A DNA stretch of 64,000 nt from Leptospira biflexa (GCA_020721905.1 DYLU01000002.1:11314-75313); one strand, 5' to 3'; shown: positions 9,123 to 18,589, numbered from the stretch's first letter. Notes: generated from the sequence alone by a model not told the origin. Numbers and translations: made by a program.

Positions 9123-10745
9123 TTACTTTTTCCTGCTTAATGTATTAATAAACATCTGATGGCCTATCTGTAATACATTTTGCATAATCCAGTACAACAC
9201 CAGCCCTGAAGGCATATTCCAGAAGATAACAATAAATATTAGCGGCATGAGCATCAACATCTTCTGTTGCTGGGTGGCTTCACCTGAAGACATCTTCTGC
9301 TGCAGATATGTTGTACCTGTCATAATCAGAGGCAATATATTAATATTAAACCCTGCTATCCTGTAAATTGTATCAGGCAATGACAGATCCTTTATCCACA
9401 GAATAAAAGGTGCCTGCCATAAATCTACAGAGTTCACCAACGCACTATAGAGAGCAAAAAAGAAAGGCATCTGCAAAAGCAACGGTAAACACCCGCCCAT
9501 TGGATTCACTTTATTTTTTTTGTATACTTCCATAATCTTTTTATTTAAAACATCAGGCTTATCTTTATACTTTTCACGCAATTCCTGAATTACAGGATTC
9601 AATTCCTGCATTTTCTTCATGGATTCCGTGGAGCGTTGCGTCAGTGGTAAAAACATTATTTTTGTAATAACTGAAAAAATTACCAGTGACCACCCTAAAT
9701 TCCCTACCAGCCTGTTTATTTCAAGCAGGCACCACATCATAAAGTCCCTGATAGGTTCAATCCACTTGCTGACATCTGCAGCATCACCAATGTGCTTATC
9801 AACAGCCAGTAGTTTATCTTTATTCTTTGGACCAACATATACTTTAAAATCATGTGTGATCGTTTCACCGGGTTTCAGTGGTTTGATTGGTACCACAATA
9901 CCCGTCCTGAAGCCAGACTGTTCCCTGTTATCATACACCACACCTGAACCTGCAAAACCCTGTGGTATCATAATTAAAAGATAGTACCTGCTCATTATGC
10001 CAGCCCATTGTACCACACCGTTTTCACGTTTAAGGTCTTCCGGTGTAGAAAAGAATCCGCCACCCTTTCGTGCTTTTTCAAAACTGTCATCTATATAATA
10101 AATACTGTATAACTCATTATATGAATTATCAAAATCCATTGATGGCCCTAAAAAATCAGACGGGGAAAATATTACACCCCCTTCAGGAAATGTAAATTCG
10201 TTTTGCCCTTTATTTGTGATAGCATACGATACAACAAAATATTGTCCTGTTTCGTTATACGTAAATTTCTTTGAAATTTCCAGTCGATTTTTTTGTACGA
10301 TAGCAACTGTGGAAAAGTGCACTGCCGATCCATCTTTTTGCATTTTCCATAATACTGGCGGTATATCCTTTGCATGCAAAAATTCCCCCGTTGAAAAATG
10401 AACAGGGAAATCAAAAAATCCTTTTGCATCAAATTTTGATTGAGTTACAATTAATTCAATCTTTCTTACTTTATCAATAAACGATGTACATTGCCCATCT
10501 TCATTGGAAAGTACTGCTGTATAGTATTTTGCATCAATAGTAACATCTTCCTTTTTTGAAGATGCTTGCTGAAGTTTTGAAACGACAGAAATTTCAGGTT
10601 TTTGTATTTCTTCAGTTTGCACTGTTTCAGGTTCAGCACTTTTTTCCGGGATTGGGGCTGTTTTTTCCTGTGGTTGAAAGAAATAAAACCACAGTATCCA
10701 TATTCCCAGTGATAATAACACAGCAATCAAAGCCCTTTTTTCCAT
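9123..10745 (-). CDS. yidC: membrane protein insertase YidC (540 aa)
   Basis: N-terminal TM segment, large periplasmic domain, C-terminal 5-TM core with the GGCLPLLLQMPFFFALY motif. Confidence 0.9.
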   Translation of the reverse strand: MEKRALIAVLLSLGIWILWFYFFQPQEKTAPIPEKSAEPETVQTEEIQKPEISVVSKLQQASSKKEDVTIDAKYYTAVLSNEDGQCTSFIDKVRKIELIVTQSKFDAKGFFDFPVHFSTGEFLHAKDIPPVLWKMQKDGSAVHFSTVAIVQKNRLEISKKFTYNETGQYFVVSYAITNKGQNEFTFPEGGVIFSPSDFLGPSMDFDNSYNELYSIYYIDDSFEKARKGGGFFSTPEDLKRENGVVQWAGIMSRYYLLIMIPQGFAGSGVVYDNREQSGFRTGIVVPIKPLKPGETITHDFKVYVGPKNKDKLLAVDKHIGDAADVSKWIEPIRDFMMWCLLEINRLVGNLGWSLVIFSVITKIMFLPLTQRSTESMKKMQELNPVIQELREKYKDKPDVLNKKIMEVYKKNKVNPMGGCLPLLLQMPFFFALYSALVNSVDLWQAPFILWIKDLSLPDTIYRIAGFNINILPLIMTGTTYLQQKMSSGEATQQQKMLMLMPLIFIVIFWNMPSGLVLYWIMQNVLQIGHQMFINTLSRKK

Positions 10746-10860
10746 GACAACCTCTTGATAAATTTTTTACTCAAATACAACAATATCACATATGTATACT
10801 ATCATACCGTGGAAAGGAGATAACAGGAAGGGAATATTTTTCCGTACTTAAAAATGATCA

Positions 10861-11082
10861 TCAGGGGACAGGGTCATACCCACCATCACAAAATGGATGA
10901 CAGCGAAGAATCCTTTTAACAGATAAAAAACCACCTTTCAAAAGACCATGTTTTGTCAATGCCTCAATTGCATATTGAGAACACGTTGGATAAAATCTGC
11001 ATGCATTGGGTAATACTGGTGAAATCACAAGTTTATATAATTTTATTAAAACTACCGGTATGGTAACAATATTTATCTTCAC
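10861..11082 (-). CDS. yidD: membrane protein insertion efficiency factor YidD
   Basis: 73 aa. Conserved YidD Cys motifs ([15 protein letters not shown] ... [13 protein letters not shown]). Overlaps the rnpA stop by 4 nt. Confidence 0.85.
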   Translation of the reverse strand: MKINIVTIPVVLIKLYKLVISPVLPNACRFYPTCSQYAIEALTKHGLLKGGFLSVKRILRCHPFCDGGYDPVP

Positions 11083-11444
11083 TGTTTTAGTACTCCTGAT
11101 TTAAACAATACTTGTTTAACTGACACAACAAGATGATTATATCCCATAGCCTTACAGGTGGTATCCGGGAATATAATAACAGCAAAACCCTGCCGTATTT
11201 GGGGCATCAGAGCTAATAAAATAGAACGAATTTGCCTTTTAATTCTATTCCGTTCAACTGCATTCCCGTAGTTTTTGTTAACCACTATGGCAAAACAAGA
11301 TTGTAATGTGTTGCTCAAATACCCTCCTGCCTGTAATGGCTTCATATATACTATCATCTTCACTCCTTTGCCATATACCCTCTTACCGTTAACAATAGCT
11401 TCTTTAAATTTCTTCAGCCCCTTTAATGAATATCTCCTTTTCAC
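11079..11444 (-). CDS. rnpA: ribonuclease P protein component
   Basis: 121 aa basic protein in the canonical position between rpmH and yidD. RnpA-like RNR-type motif region ([13 protein letters not shown]). Confidence 0.85.
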   Translation of the reverse strand: MKRRYSLKGLKKFKEAIVNGKRVYGKGVKMIVYMKPLQAGGYLSNTLQSCFAIVVNKNYGNAVERNRIKRQIRSILLALMPQIRQGFAVIIFPDTTCKAMGYNHLVVSVKQVLFKSGVLKQ

Positions 11445-11466
11445 GGAATAATGATATTAACAAGAA

Positions 11467-11625
11467 TTACTTAGAATTTCGCTTTTCGTCAGAAACAGTT
11501 AATTTGTATCTACCCTTTTGTCTTCTCCTGCGCAATACTTCCTGACCTGCTCTTGTACTCATTCGTGCCCTGAATCCGTGTGTCCGTAATCGTTTGATTA
11601 CTCCTGGTTGAAATGTTCTTTTCAT
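11467..11625 (-). CDS. rpmH: 50S ribosomal protein L34 (52 aa)
   Basis: Hand translation of the minus strand gives [52 protein letters not shown], the near-invariant L34 sequence. Not in the ORF track because it is under 60 aa. Stop TAA is at 11467-11469. Confidence 0.88.
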   Translation of the reverse strand: MKRTFQPGVIKRLRTHGFRARMSTRAGQEVLRRRRQKGRYKLTVSDEKRNSK

Positions 11626-11797
11626 CATCCCACCTCATTATTAAGAATATTAGTTCAAAGTAGAAAAAATCGTATATAATTACAATAAAAGATATAAAAT
11701 GTTTAGCTATGTTACACGTATTTTTACAATAGCACAACTTTTTTTTAATACACAACAAAAATGCTATTTTAAACGTATTGTGTTTTGTGTCAAGAAT

Positions 11798-12607
11798 TTA
11801 TTGAGGCTTTTTTGATGCAATCACCAGTATAGTGTCAGAAAAACACAGTAAGTTAGCAAGAGTATTATATAATTTTTTATATTTTTGGGCGATAGTTCCA
11901 AAACGTTCAGGATGGTAACCTGAAGGAAAACATCTGATATTAGAAAATCCAATTTGCTGCAAAAGTTTTTTAATACTCCATGGTGCCACATCGATACGGT
12001 GATCCTGTGGATGAGACCTTACCCACTCTTTCCTGTGGCAATAAAATAATGGCCCAAAATACGACGGCAACGTACAGGCAAAAATGCCATAAACTTCAAG
12101 CATCTCATATATTTTGACAAACATAGCATACGGGTCACTAAAATGTTCAAGTACAAACCATGCGGTTATCACATCGTATTTCCTTACAGGAATAAAATCT
12201 TCAAATCCTGTACTATGAACCGGGATATTATATTTGTGTCTGCAATAGCTTGCAGCATATTCTGATATTTCCAGTCCTTCAACCTCGCCAAATCCTGTAT
12301 CTCTGGCAGCCTTGCAAAAAAAACCTAAAGCACATCCAATATCAAGAAGGCTTTTTGAAGAAAGGTTTTCCCTCAAATATTTTTTTATTATTGAAAGCCT
12401 GAAAAGGGATGCAGTATATATTGACTCAAAATCATCTTCATATGTCTTGCCATACTGTGCTTGATATTCCTGGCCAAAGTAATCAGTAGAGTATATTGCT
12501 GGCAAATGACTGGCATTATAAATAATGCGACACCTTGGGCATAGTAACAGATTCTCTGAAATTTTTCTATATTTTGATGATGTGCAGACAGGGCATTTAG
12601 ATGTCAT
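11798..12607 (-). CDS. class I SAM-dependent methyltransferase with N-terminal Cys4 zinc-ribbon
   Basis: N-terminal CPVC...CPRC motif. SAM motif I LDIGCALGFF. Methyltransf_11/23-like architecture. Confidence 0.7.
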   Translation of the reverse strand: MTSKCPVCTSSKYRKISENLLLCPRCRIIYNASHLPAIYSTDYFGQEYQAQYGKTYEDDFESIYTASLFRLSIIKKYLRENLSSKSLLDIGCALGFFCKAARDTGFGEVEGLEISEYAASYCRHKYNIPVHSTGFEDFIPVRKYDVITAWFVLEHFSDPYAMFVKIYEMLEVYGIFACTLPSYFGPLFYCHRKEWVRSHPQDHRIDVAPWSIKKLLQQIGFSNIRCFPSGYHPERFGTIAQKYKKLYNTLANLLCFSDTILVIASKKPQ

Positions 12608-13113
12608 TGTTTCTTTTTCTTTTTAGCTGGCTCTACAACAATAGGCACACCTTTTATCCGTGCTTTATCAAGTGACAATAACACCAGTTCTGCATATTGT
12701 TCCGGTATTTCGATAAATGAATATGTAGAATGTATATCAATCTTGCCAACGAGCTTCCCATCAATACCTGAACGTTTTGATATTTCCCTGATGAGGTCGC
12801 CGGGTGTTATCTTATGATTTTTACCAATGTTAATAAAAATTCTTGCCTTACCATCCTTAATATCTTCAAAGATAATAGTACCATCAGATGTTTTTGTAAA
12901 ATTTAATGCGGCAACCTCCGCCATATCAAGCTTTGAGATGTCCCCAATACATTCCTTCAGTAAGGCAGCAGTTATCCGTTTTGTTGATCCAAACCATGGT
13001 AAATGTTTTCTCATTGCTTTTACCAAAGCAAAATATGGTGTAAGATCTTCATGTAAGGCTGATTCCAGTATTTTTTCAATCTTTTTTAACTGATTCATGA
13101 CAGCTTCACTCAA
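12604..13113 (-). CDS. stand-alone DbpA-type RNA-binding domain protein (169 aa)
   Basis: C-terminal 75 aa (RIFINIGKNHKITPGDLIREISKRSGIDGKLVGKIDIHSTYSFIEIPEQ...IKGVPIVVE) align to the DbpA/YxiN C-terminal RNA-binding domain. No helicase core. Lys-rich tail. 4-nt ATGA overlap with the downstream methyltransferase. Confidence 0.6.
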   Translation of the reverse strand: MSEAVMNQLKKIEKILESALHEDLTPYFALVKAMRKHLPWFGSTKRITAALLKECIGDISKLDMAEVAALNFTKTSDGTIIFEDIKDGKARIFINIGKNHKITPGDLIREISKRSGIDGKLVGKIDIHSTYSFIEIPEQYAELVLLSLDKARIKGVPIVVEPAKKKKKQ

Positions 13114-13190
13114 TCCTTTCTACGTTATAAATAATAGATATTTTTCACATTAATTAGGGAATTTATATATTGGCAAGCATATTTCTACAA

Positions 13191-13838
13191 TTATTCTTTA
13201 CACTTATACCCAACATTTCGTATGGTTTCTATTATATTATTAAACTCATCCCCCAATTTAATTCTAAGCCTTCTTATATGAACGTCAACCGTACGAGTAC
13301 CCCCAATATACTCAACCCCCCATATTTGTGAAAGTAACTCCTGACGTGTAAAAACTATACCTTTATTTTCCATTAAAAATTTAAGTAATTCAAATTCTTT
13401 ATATGTTAGCAATATATTGTCATTGTTTACTGTTACCGAATACTTTTCAGGCTCTATGGTAATATTGCCAACTTTGATAACCGAATCCTTTAATTCAATT
13501 TCAGCACCTATCAGACGATCAATACGCGCTTTTAATTCACCTTTTCTGAAAGGGAACACAATAAAATCATCAAAAAACCAGTCCCTGTTTACTGATTCTA
13601 AATATCCAGCCCGTACAATAAGTATGACTGGCAATCGCTGAAAACGCTTTCGAAGCTTTGAAAGATAAAACTGTGTATCGCTGATATCAATTTGCTCAGT
13701 ATCAAATAATGCTATATCAAATCCTTCATCCTTTAGAGTATTAATAGTACCATGAACACTTACATCTAAAATCTGAAGCATTCTTACTTCAAGAACCAAT
13801 TCCTTATTTTGTGTAATGAGTGCCGTTTTAATTTTCAT
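13191..13838 (-). CDS. OmpR/PhoB-family response regulator (receiver plus winged-helix DNA-binding domain)
   Basis: C-terminal trans_reg_C signature (LTYKEFELLKFLMENKGIVFTRQELLSQIWGVEYIGGTRTVDVHIRRLRIKLGD). N-terminal receiver-like domain. No adjacent histidine kinase. Confidence 0.7.
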   Translation of the reverse strand: MKIKTALITQNKELVLEVRMLQILDVSVHGTINTLKDEGFDIALFDTEQIDISDTQFYLSKLRKRFQRLPVILIVRAGYLESVNRDWFFDDFIVFPFRKGELKARIDRLIGAEIELKDSVIKVGNITIEPEKYSVTVNNDNILLTYKEFELLKFLMENKGIVFTRQELLSQIWGVEYIGGTRTVDVHIRRLRIKLGDEFNNIIETIRNVGYKCKE

Positions 13839-15001
13839 TTTTTATTAACTAATGTTAAAAAAATATTCATATACCGTTCTGCTACATTTTCGGCATAAAA
13901 GGTTGTAATCTTTTTTTTATTATTTACAGAACAGTATTGATAGAGCTTTTTATCATTATAAAATTTCATAATACTTTCAGCACACTTTTCCACATCACCA
14001 ACATTAATGAGCATTGCATTTTCACCATGGATAAGAAAATCAACCTGCCCCCCATGGTTGGTAGCAACAATAGGCAATCCGCAATACATGGCTTCCATAA
14101 ACACAATGCCAAATCCTTCATGCATTGATGTAAGTACAAACAAATCAGATTGCGATAGATAGGCAAATTTTTTCTCGTCGGCAACAAATCCCATAAACTG
14201 CACTCTATCGTGTAATGACAATTCTTTCACAAGTGATTCTAAGTATTCCCTTTCAGGACCATCTCCCATAATGAGAAGTTTGATGGCAGGATTATCAAAA
14301 AGAGCTATCGCCCTTATAAGAATATCAATTGATTTACGCTTTATCAATCTTCCAATAGTTATACAGATAAAATCTTTTTCATGCAGCCCCAATTTTTTCC
14401 GTGATGTTTTTGGTATTACTGGCGGATGGAATGCTAACGGTATAATCTGAATTTCTTTTTTTGGTGCATAGTATTCTATTGCGTTATTGCGGGTATTTGA
14501 TGATTGTGCCACAATTACATCAGCTCTGTTAAGGAGAAAACGAACAACAGATTTAAAAAATCGACTTCGGTGAGGTGATATTTTTTTACTTGGATCATAA
14601 ATATCACCACCATGCAATGATAAAACATTTGGAATGCCAAATAACTTTGAAATTACATACCCTAGAGGGCCTGATGGAACAACAAAATGCGTATTGATAA
14701 CATCAAACTTATATTTTAAGGCAAGCGATAGTGCCCGTATAAGCCCTGCAGGCAGGTAGCTAAGCATTGAAATAAATGTTGCTGCATCCCTTGATTTTCT
14801 GAAAAAAATCTTTACCCTGTGCACATGAATCCCATTAATATTTTCATAGGAGGGTAACCCTTTAAATGACGAAGTGATGACATGCACATTTGCTGACTTC
14901 ACCCACTCCAATGCCAGGTCATATGTTGCAACACCCCCACCCCCCCCTAATGGAGGAAATTCATAATTTATAATTAATATATTAATCTTTTTTTCTTTCA
15001 T
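13835..15001 (-). CDS. GT4-family glycosyltransferase (388 aa)
   Basis: GT4 C-terminal motif EGFGIVFMEAMYCGLPIV. N-terminal FPPLGGGGGV Gly loop. Overlaps the response regulator gene by 4 nt. Confidence 0.8.
   Translation of the reverse strand: MKEKKINILIINYEFPPLGGGGGVATYDLALEWVKSANVHVITSSFKGLPSYENINGIHVHRVKIFFRKSRDAATFISMLSYLPAGLIRALSLALKYKFDVINTHFVVPSGPLGYVISKLFGIPNVLSLHGGDIYDPSKKISPHRSRFFKSVVRFLLNRADVIVAQSSNTRNNAIEYYAPKKEIQIIPLAFHPPVIPKTSRKKLGLHEKDFICITIGRLIKRKSIDILIRAIALFDNPAIKLLIMGDGPEREYLESLVKELSLHDRVQFMGFVADEKKFAYLSQSDLFVLTSMHEGFGIVFMEAMYCGLPIVATNHGGQVDFLIHGENAMLINVGDVEKCAESIMKFYNDKKLYQYCSVNNKKKITTFYAENVAERYMNIFLTLVNKK
14935..14947. repeat. homopolymeric tract C5-A-C8 (G-run on the coding strand) inside the GT4 glycosyltransferase
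   Basis: Sequence accccc a cccccccc taatgg read directly. Encodes the GGGGG loop of the GT4 N-terminus. Confidence 0.6.
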
Positions 15002-15312
15002 ACAAAATACTCCATCTTTAACAAAAAAGGTTAAGTTTTTCTCACACTAAAACATGCCTTTTATATTTCAAATACTATTTAATCGCGCATAGCTAAAACA
15101 ATCTTCCCCCTGAACAAACTATGCATGCTATAAAAATACATTCTGGAATAAATATCCGATATAAATTAAAAAATAATGTTTTGTTAAAAATAATATTTGC
15201 CAAAATACATTAGAAGAAGGTACTATACTATAAACGCTAATGGGGAAAAATTCTATTTTATTACTAAAGGAAAAGGTTTTATCTTAATACTATCAAAAAA
15301 AGGTGGTGAATT

Positions 15313-15933
15313 ATGAAATTCTTTCAATTTTTAGCTATTATTACCACACTATCTTCATTATTTGCCTGTTCAACTATCGATGTAGCTTCTACCAATAAAC
15401 AGGCAATACAAAAAAGAATGAAGCGGGTTGCAGTATTTCCCTTTGACATAAAAGGTGCCGGCTGGGGAGATGAATTTTCAGATGCTATCTCACATCAATT
15501 TTTTAAAAGCGGAAAAGTTACTACCATTGAACGTGAAGCCATACAAAAAATTCTGCAGGAACAGCAGCTTTCTGCCTCTGGTTTAATTGACGATAAACAG
15601 GCTGTAAAAATTGGTAAATTTTTAGGTGCAGATGTTATCATCATTGGCCGTGGCTCTGCTTTACAGGCATACAGAAACAATAAGTTTGAACCCAACTGTA
15701 TTGATACTTTTACATTAAAAGCCATTAATACTGAAAATGGCGAAATTTTGCTAACCGTTCGCAAAGAACCAGGAAGGGCATGGGACTGGCGTTACAGAGC
15801 AAAGTTTTGCTGTGGATTAACATTAATCTGGAATCTCAATGATATTTTAATAGAGAGTTCACAATATGATGACATTGCAAAACAGATAGTTAAGCAAATC
15901 CTTGGTATTTTACAAGAAGAAAATAAAAGATGA
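15313..15933 (+). CDS. CsgG/TolB-N-like periplasmic lipoprotein (206 aa) with C-terminal W/CC motif
   Basis: Signal peptide plus lipobox (LSSLFAC). Core resembles the CsgG/TolB-N/FlgO-like lipoprotein fold (KRVAVFPFD...KVTTIEREAIQKILQEQQLSASGLIDDKQAVKIGKFLGADVIIIG). C-terminal WDWRYRAKFCCGL. SD aaggtgg upstream. Confidence 0.6.
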   Translation: MKFFQFLAIITTLSSLFACSTIDVASTNKQAIQKRMKRVAVFPFDIKGAGWGDEFSDAISHQFFKSGKVTTIEREAIQKILQEQQLSASGLIDDKQAVKIGKFLGADVIIIGRGSALQAYRNNKFEPNCIDTFTLKAINTENGEILLTVRKEPGRAWDWRYRAKFCCGLTLIWNLNDILIESSQYDDIAKQIVKQILGILQEENKR

Positions 15934-16709
15934 TATTTAAATGTACAACATATACCAGCCTTTTAATCCTGGTTAGTATTGTTGCTTTTTTTTCTTCTGC
16001 CTATTCATCCGAATTTGATGAGCTGGACAAGCCTCCTGAAGGTATACACAAAGATCAGATAATACTTACAGGCTCAGTTTCTATTGGCATTCCTTACGGC
16101 GATCTTATTTCAGCCGAAGAAAAATTTACTAAAACTTCAACCTACACCTTTGAGAATGAAATAACTAAACTTATTTATCTATCACATTTAGCTTTTGGAT
16201 TAACAATGTCAGGAGAATATCTTCCTATCGATTATATTGGTATTCGCTCAAAACTAAGGCGCAGTGTTATAGTTCAGAATACAAATTTTGGCGCTGACTA
16301 TCAATCCTGGAAAAAAACACTGTACAGCGATTATTCTGTTTATTTTGGCCCATCTTTTCATGTTACTAATAGAAAGCCATGGGACATTAGTTTATCACCC
16401 ATGCTTGGCTATGTATTTGCTACTTATAAGCCAACTCCTATAGCCCGCGTACTTATTGATGGGTATATACCACCGCCAACACAACAGTTTTCAAGTATGA
16501 CCTATGGTGTTGATGTTATGCTCAGCATATTTTTCAGCGGGGGGCTTGTTTTCCAGATTGGTGGGGAATGGATACGTAACAATATACTATTTTCATCAAT
16601 ACCAGATGCCGTTAATCCACAAACAAACCAGATTTTTTATACAAAGAAAGATGCCACCATTGATTCCGTTCTTTTCTGTGTTTCAGCAGGTTACGCCTTC
16701 TATAATTAA
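15930..16709 (+). CDS. putative outer-membrane beta-barrel protein (259 aa)
   Basis: N-terminal hydrophobic signal. Alternating hydrophobic beta-strand pattern. Aromatic-rich C-terminus (AGYAFYN). 4-nt overlap (ATGA) with the upstream lipoprotein gene suggests translational coupling. Confidence 0.5.
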   Translation: MIFKCTTYTSLLILVSIVAFFSSAYSSEFDELDKPPEGIHKDQIILTGSVSIGIPYGDLISAEEKFTKTSTYTFENEITKLIYLSHLAFGLTMSGEYLPIDYIGIRSKLRRSVIVQNTNFGADYQSWKKTLYSDYSVYFGPSFHVTNRKPWDISLSPMLGYVFATYKPTPIARVLIDGYIPPPTQQFSSMTYGVDVMLSIFFSGGLVFQIGGEWIRNNILFSSIPDAVNPQTNQIFYTKKDATIDSVLFCVSAGYAFYN

Positions 16710-16831
16710 TATATTTCAATTGTAATCACACTATGCAAAGATACAAATTCAATTTTCTATACATTAGCTGGACTTTGTCATATAATGCATAGTATTTCTA
16801 TTGTTTGCATCTACAATTATTTACCCGCATC

Positions 16832-17821
16832 TTATTCTATTACAGCATTGCCTGTATTAACAAGCATTGAGACGACACGTGCTGTAGTTAATTTATCCTT
16901 AGTCTTCAACTTTACAGGTAACCGCAAAAACTGATGCATACATCCTCTTCGTCTGTGTTCTAATGGGAAACTTCCATCATCAAATTGCTTCTTTATACAC
17001 TGATTAAATAACCGTATCCTGAACGCTTCAGCTGTATCGTCTAAAAAAAGTGAAAACTGAATGGCATCGATGCTATCATAGTCTAAATAAAATGGGTATC
17101 CCAGCAATTCATGATTATATGCAACTCTGCACCTGCAACCAGCTTCTGTAAATATGGCATCATTGCGGAACATATAGGCGATAGCTCTTTGAAAACTATC
17201 ATTGCAATTCCTGGTATCTATTTTCATCAGGGCTTTTGCACACATGACAGTTGCAACCGCACAACTTGGAGCATCAGTATGCACTAATCCAAGTCCTTTT
17301 CCAGTACGTTTAAAAAGCAAATATTTCAGTGAATCACCAACTGAACCGATTGGGCAATACAGCCAGCCACCATCATCCCTCTGATGAGACAGAATCCATT
17401 CTATACCTTTCTCCACTTCCTTTCCCTGATATCCGCTTTCCAGCAGGTAATACACTAACTGTCCGGTAATACATGCCGTTGAACAGAAAGGTTTCCAGTT
17501 TAAAGTAAATCCGCCATCATCCTGCTGAAATTTTAGTATTTCTTTAAGAATTGAGTACACAATATTATCACTGACATTACATCCACTTTCAACAAATGAT
17601 GAAAAAAACCACATAATCCCAATACCCGGTGCATCAAAATAATCATAGGCTTTTTTATTGAGAGAATGCAAACTGATTGAATTTACTATTACTTTGCTGT
17701 CTTTTTGTACATTATTTTCTTTTAAGGCAGGAATACTTTTTAATAAAAAAAATAATGATACTGCATCATCTGCCAACCATTGGATTACATCACCATTTAA
17801 ATATTTTGATTGAATCTTCAC
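16832..17821 (-). CDS. prenyltransferase/squalene-oxidase repeat (alpha-alpha toroid) protein, 329 aa
   Basis: Three QxxDGG[FW] repeats (QQDDGGF, HQRDDGGW, KQFDDGSF), characteristic of terpene-cyclase/prenyltransferase beta repeats. No signal peptide. Confidence 0.6.
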   Translation of the reverse strand: MKIQSKYLNGDVIQWLADDAVSLFFLLKSIPALKENNVQKDSKVIVNSISLHSLNKKAYDYFDAPGIGIMWFFSSFVESGCNVSDNIVYSILKEILKFQQDDGGFTLNWKPFCSTACITGQLVYYLLESGYQGKEVEKGIEWILSHQRDDGGWLYCPIGSVGDSLKYLLFKRTGKGLGLVHTDAPSCAVATVMCAKALMKIDTRNCNDSFQRAIAYMFRNDAIFTEAGCRCRVAYNHELLGYPFYLDYDSIDAIQFSLFLDDTAEAFRIRLFNQCIKKQFDDGSFPLEHRRRGCMHQFLRLPVKLKTKDKLTTARVVSMLVNTGNAVIE

Positions 17822-17836
17822 CTATAGTATAGTTGC

Positions 17837-18565
17837 TTATTTTTTTAAACTGGCAATGCGATTATAATTCTCTACAATGACGGGGTTATCCGGGGCAAGC
17901 TTTCTTGCCTTTTCAATGATTTCAACAGCTTTTTTTACATCACCAGCCTGAACATAACTCATAGCAAGATTATTGCAAATATACGCTGAAGAAGGTGCCA
18001 GTGCATATGCAGCCGAATATGCAGTCTGTGCCTGGGTAATCCTGCCTAAAGCCATAAGCACATTGCCCAATTCATTATATGCATAGTACATCTCTGGATC
18101 AAGTGAAATAGCTTTTTCTAAATACTCTTTAGCCTGCCAGTACGAACCAATTCCTGAATAGGCCAATCCCAGAATATAATATGCAACAGGTTCCTGCTTG
18201 ATCTGCAACGCTTTACGGGCCCACGTCATTGCATCTGTATAGCGCTTATAATCTATATATATGAAAGCAATATCAATGAGAGGATTCACGCTATCTTTTT
18301 GAATTTCTGCACAACGCTTTAAATGTTTTAGAGCCGATTCATAATTACCCTTCCTGCCATGGATATGACCGGCTAAATAGCGAAGATTATAATTTGGTGA
18401 ATTTGTCTCAAAATCTCTTGAAACATCCAGAACCGATGCTACTTCGGCTAATGCATCATCATATTTTCCTTGCTCAAACAGTTTCAAGGCTTTATCATAA
18501 TCTGCATATAGCACCACGGGGATTGTTAGTATAAAAGCATAAAGAAAAAATAATTTAATTTTCAC
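17837..18565 (-). CDS. secreted TPR-repeat protein (242 aa)
   Basis: N-terminal signal peptide (MKIKLFFLYAFILTIPVVLYA). Multiple TPR-like W-LG-Y-A-F-A-P motifs (AYYILGLAYSGIGSYWQAKEYLEKAISLDP). Confidence 0.7.
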   Translation of the reverse strand: MKIKLFFLYAFILTIPVVLYADYDKALKLFEQGKYDDALAEVASVLDVSRDFETNSPNYNLRYLAGHIHGRKGNYESALKHLKRCAEIQKDSVNPLIDIAFIYIDYKRYTDAMTWARKALQIKQEPVAYYILGLAYSGIGSYWQAKEYLEKAISLDPEMYYAYNELGNVLMALGRITQAQTAYSAAYALAPSSAYICNNLAMSYVQAGDVKKAVEIIEKARKLAPDNPVIVENYNRIASLKK

Positions 18566-18589
18566 GTTTTATCCCCCATAAAATATAAT

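Noticed and set aside
11626-11797. Possible oriC/DnaA-box cluster upstream of rpmH
   Set aside because: AT-rich, but no TTATCCACA/TGTGGATAA-like 9-mers visible. dnaA is not adjacent. Left as an open question rather than a feature.
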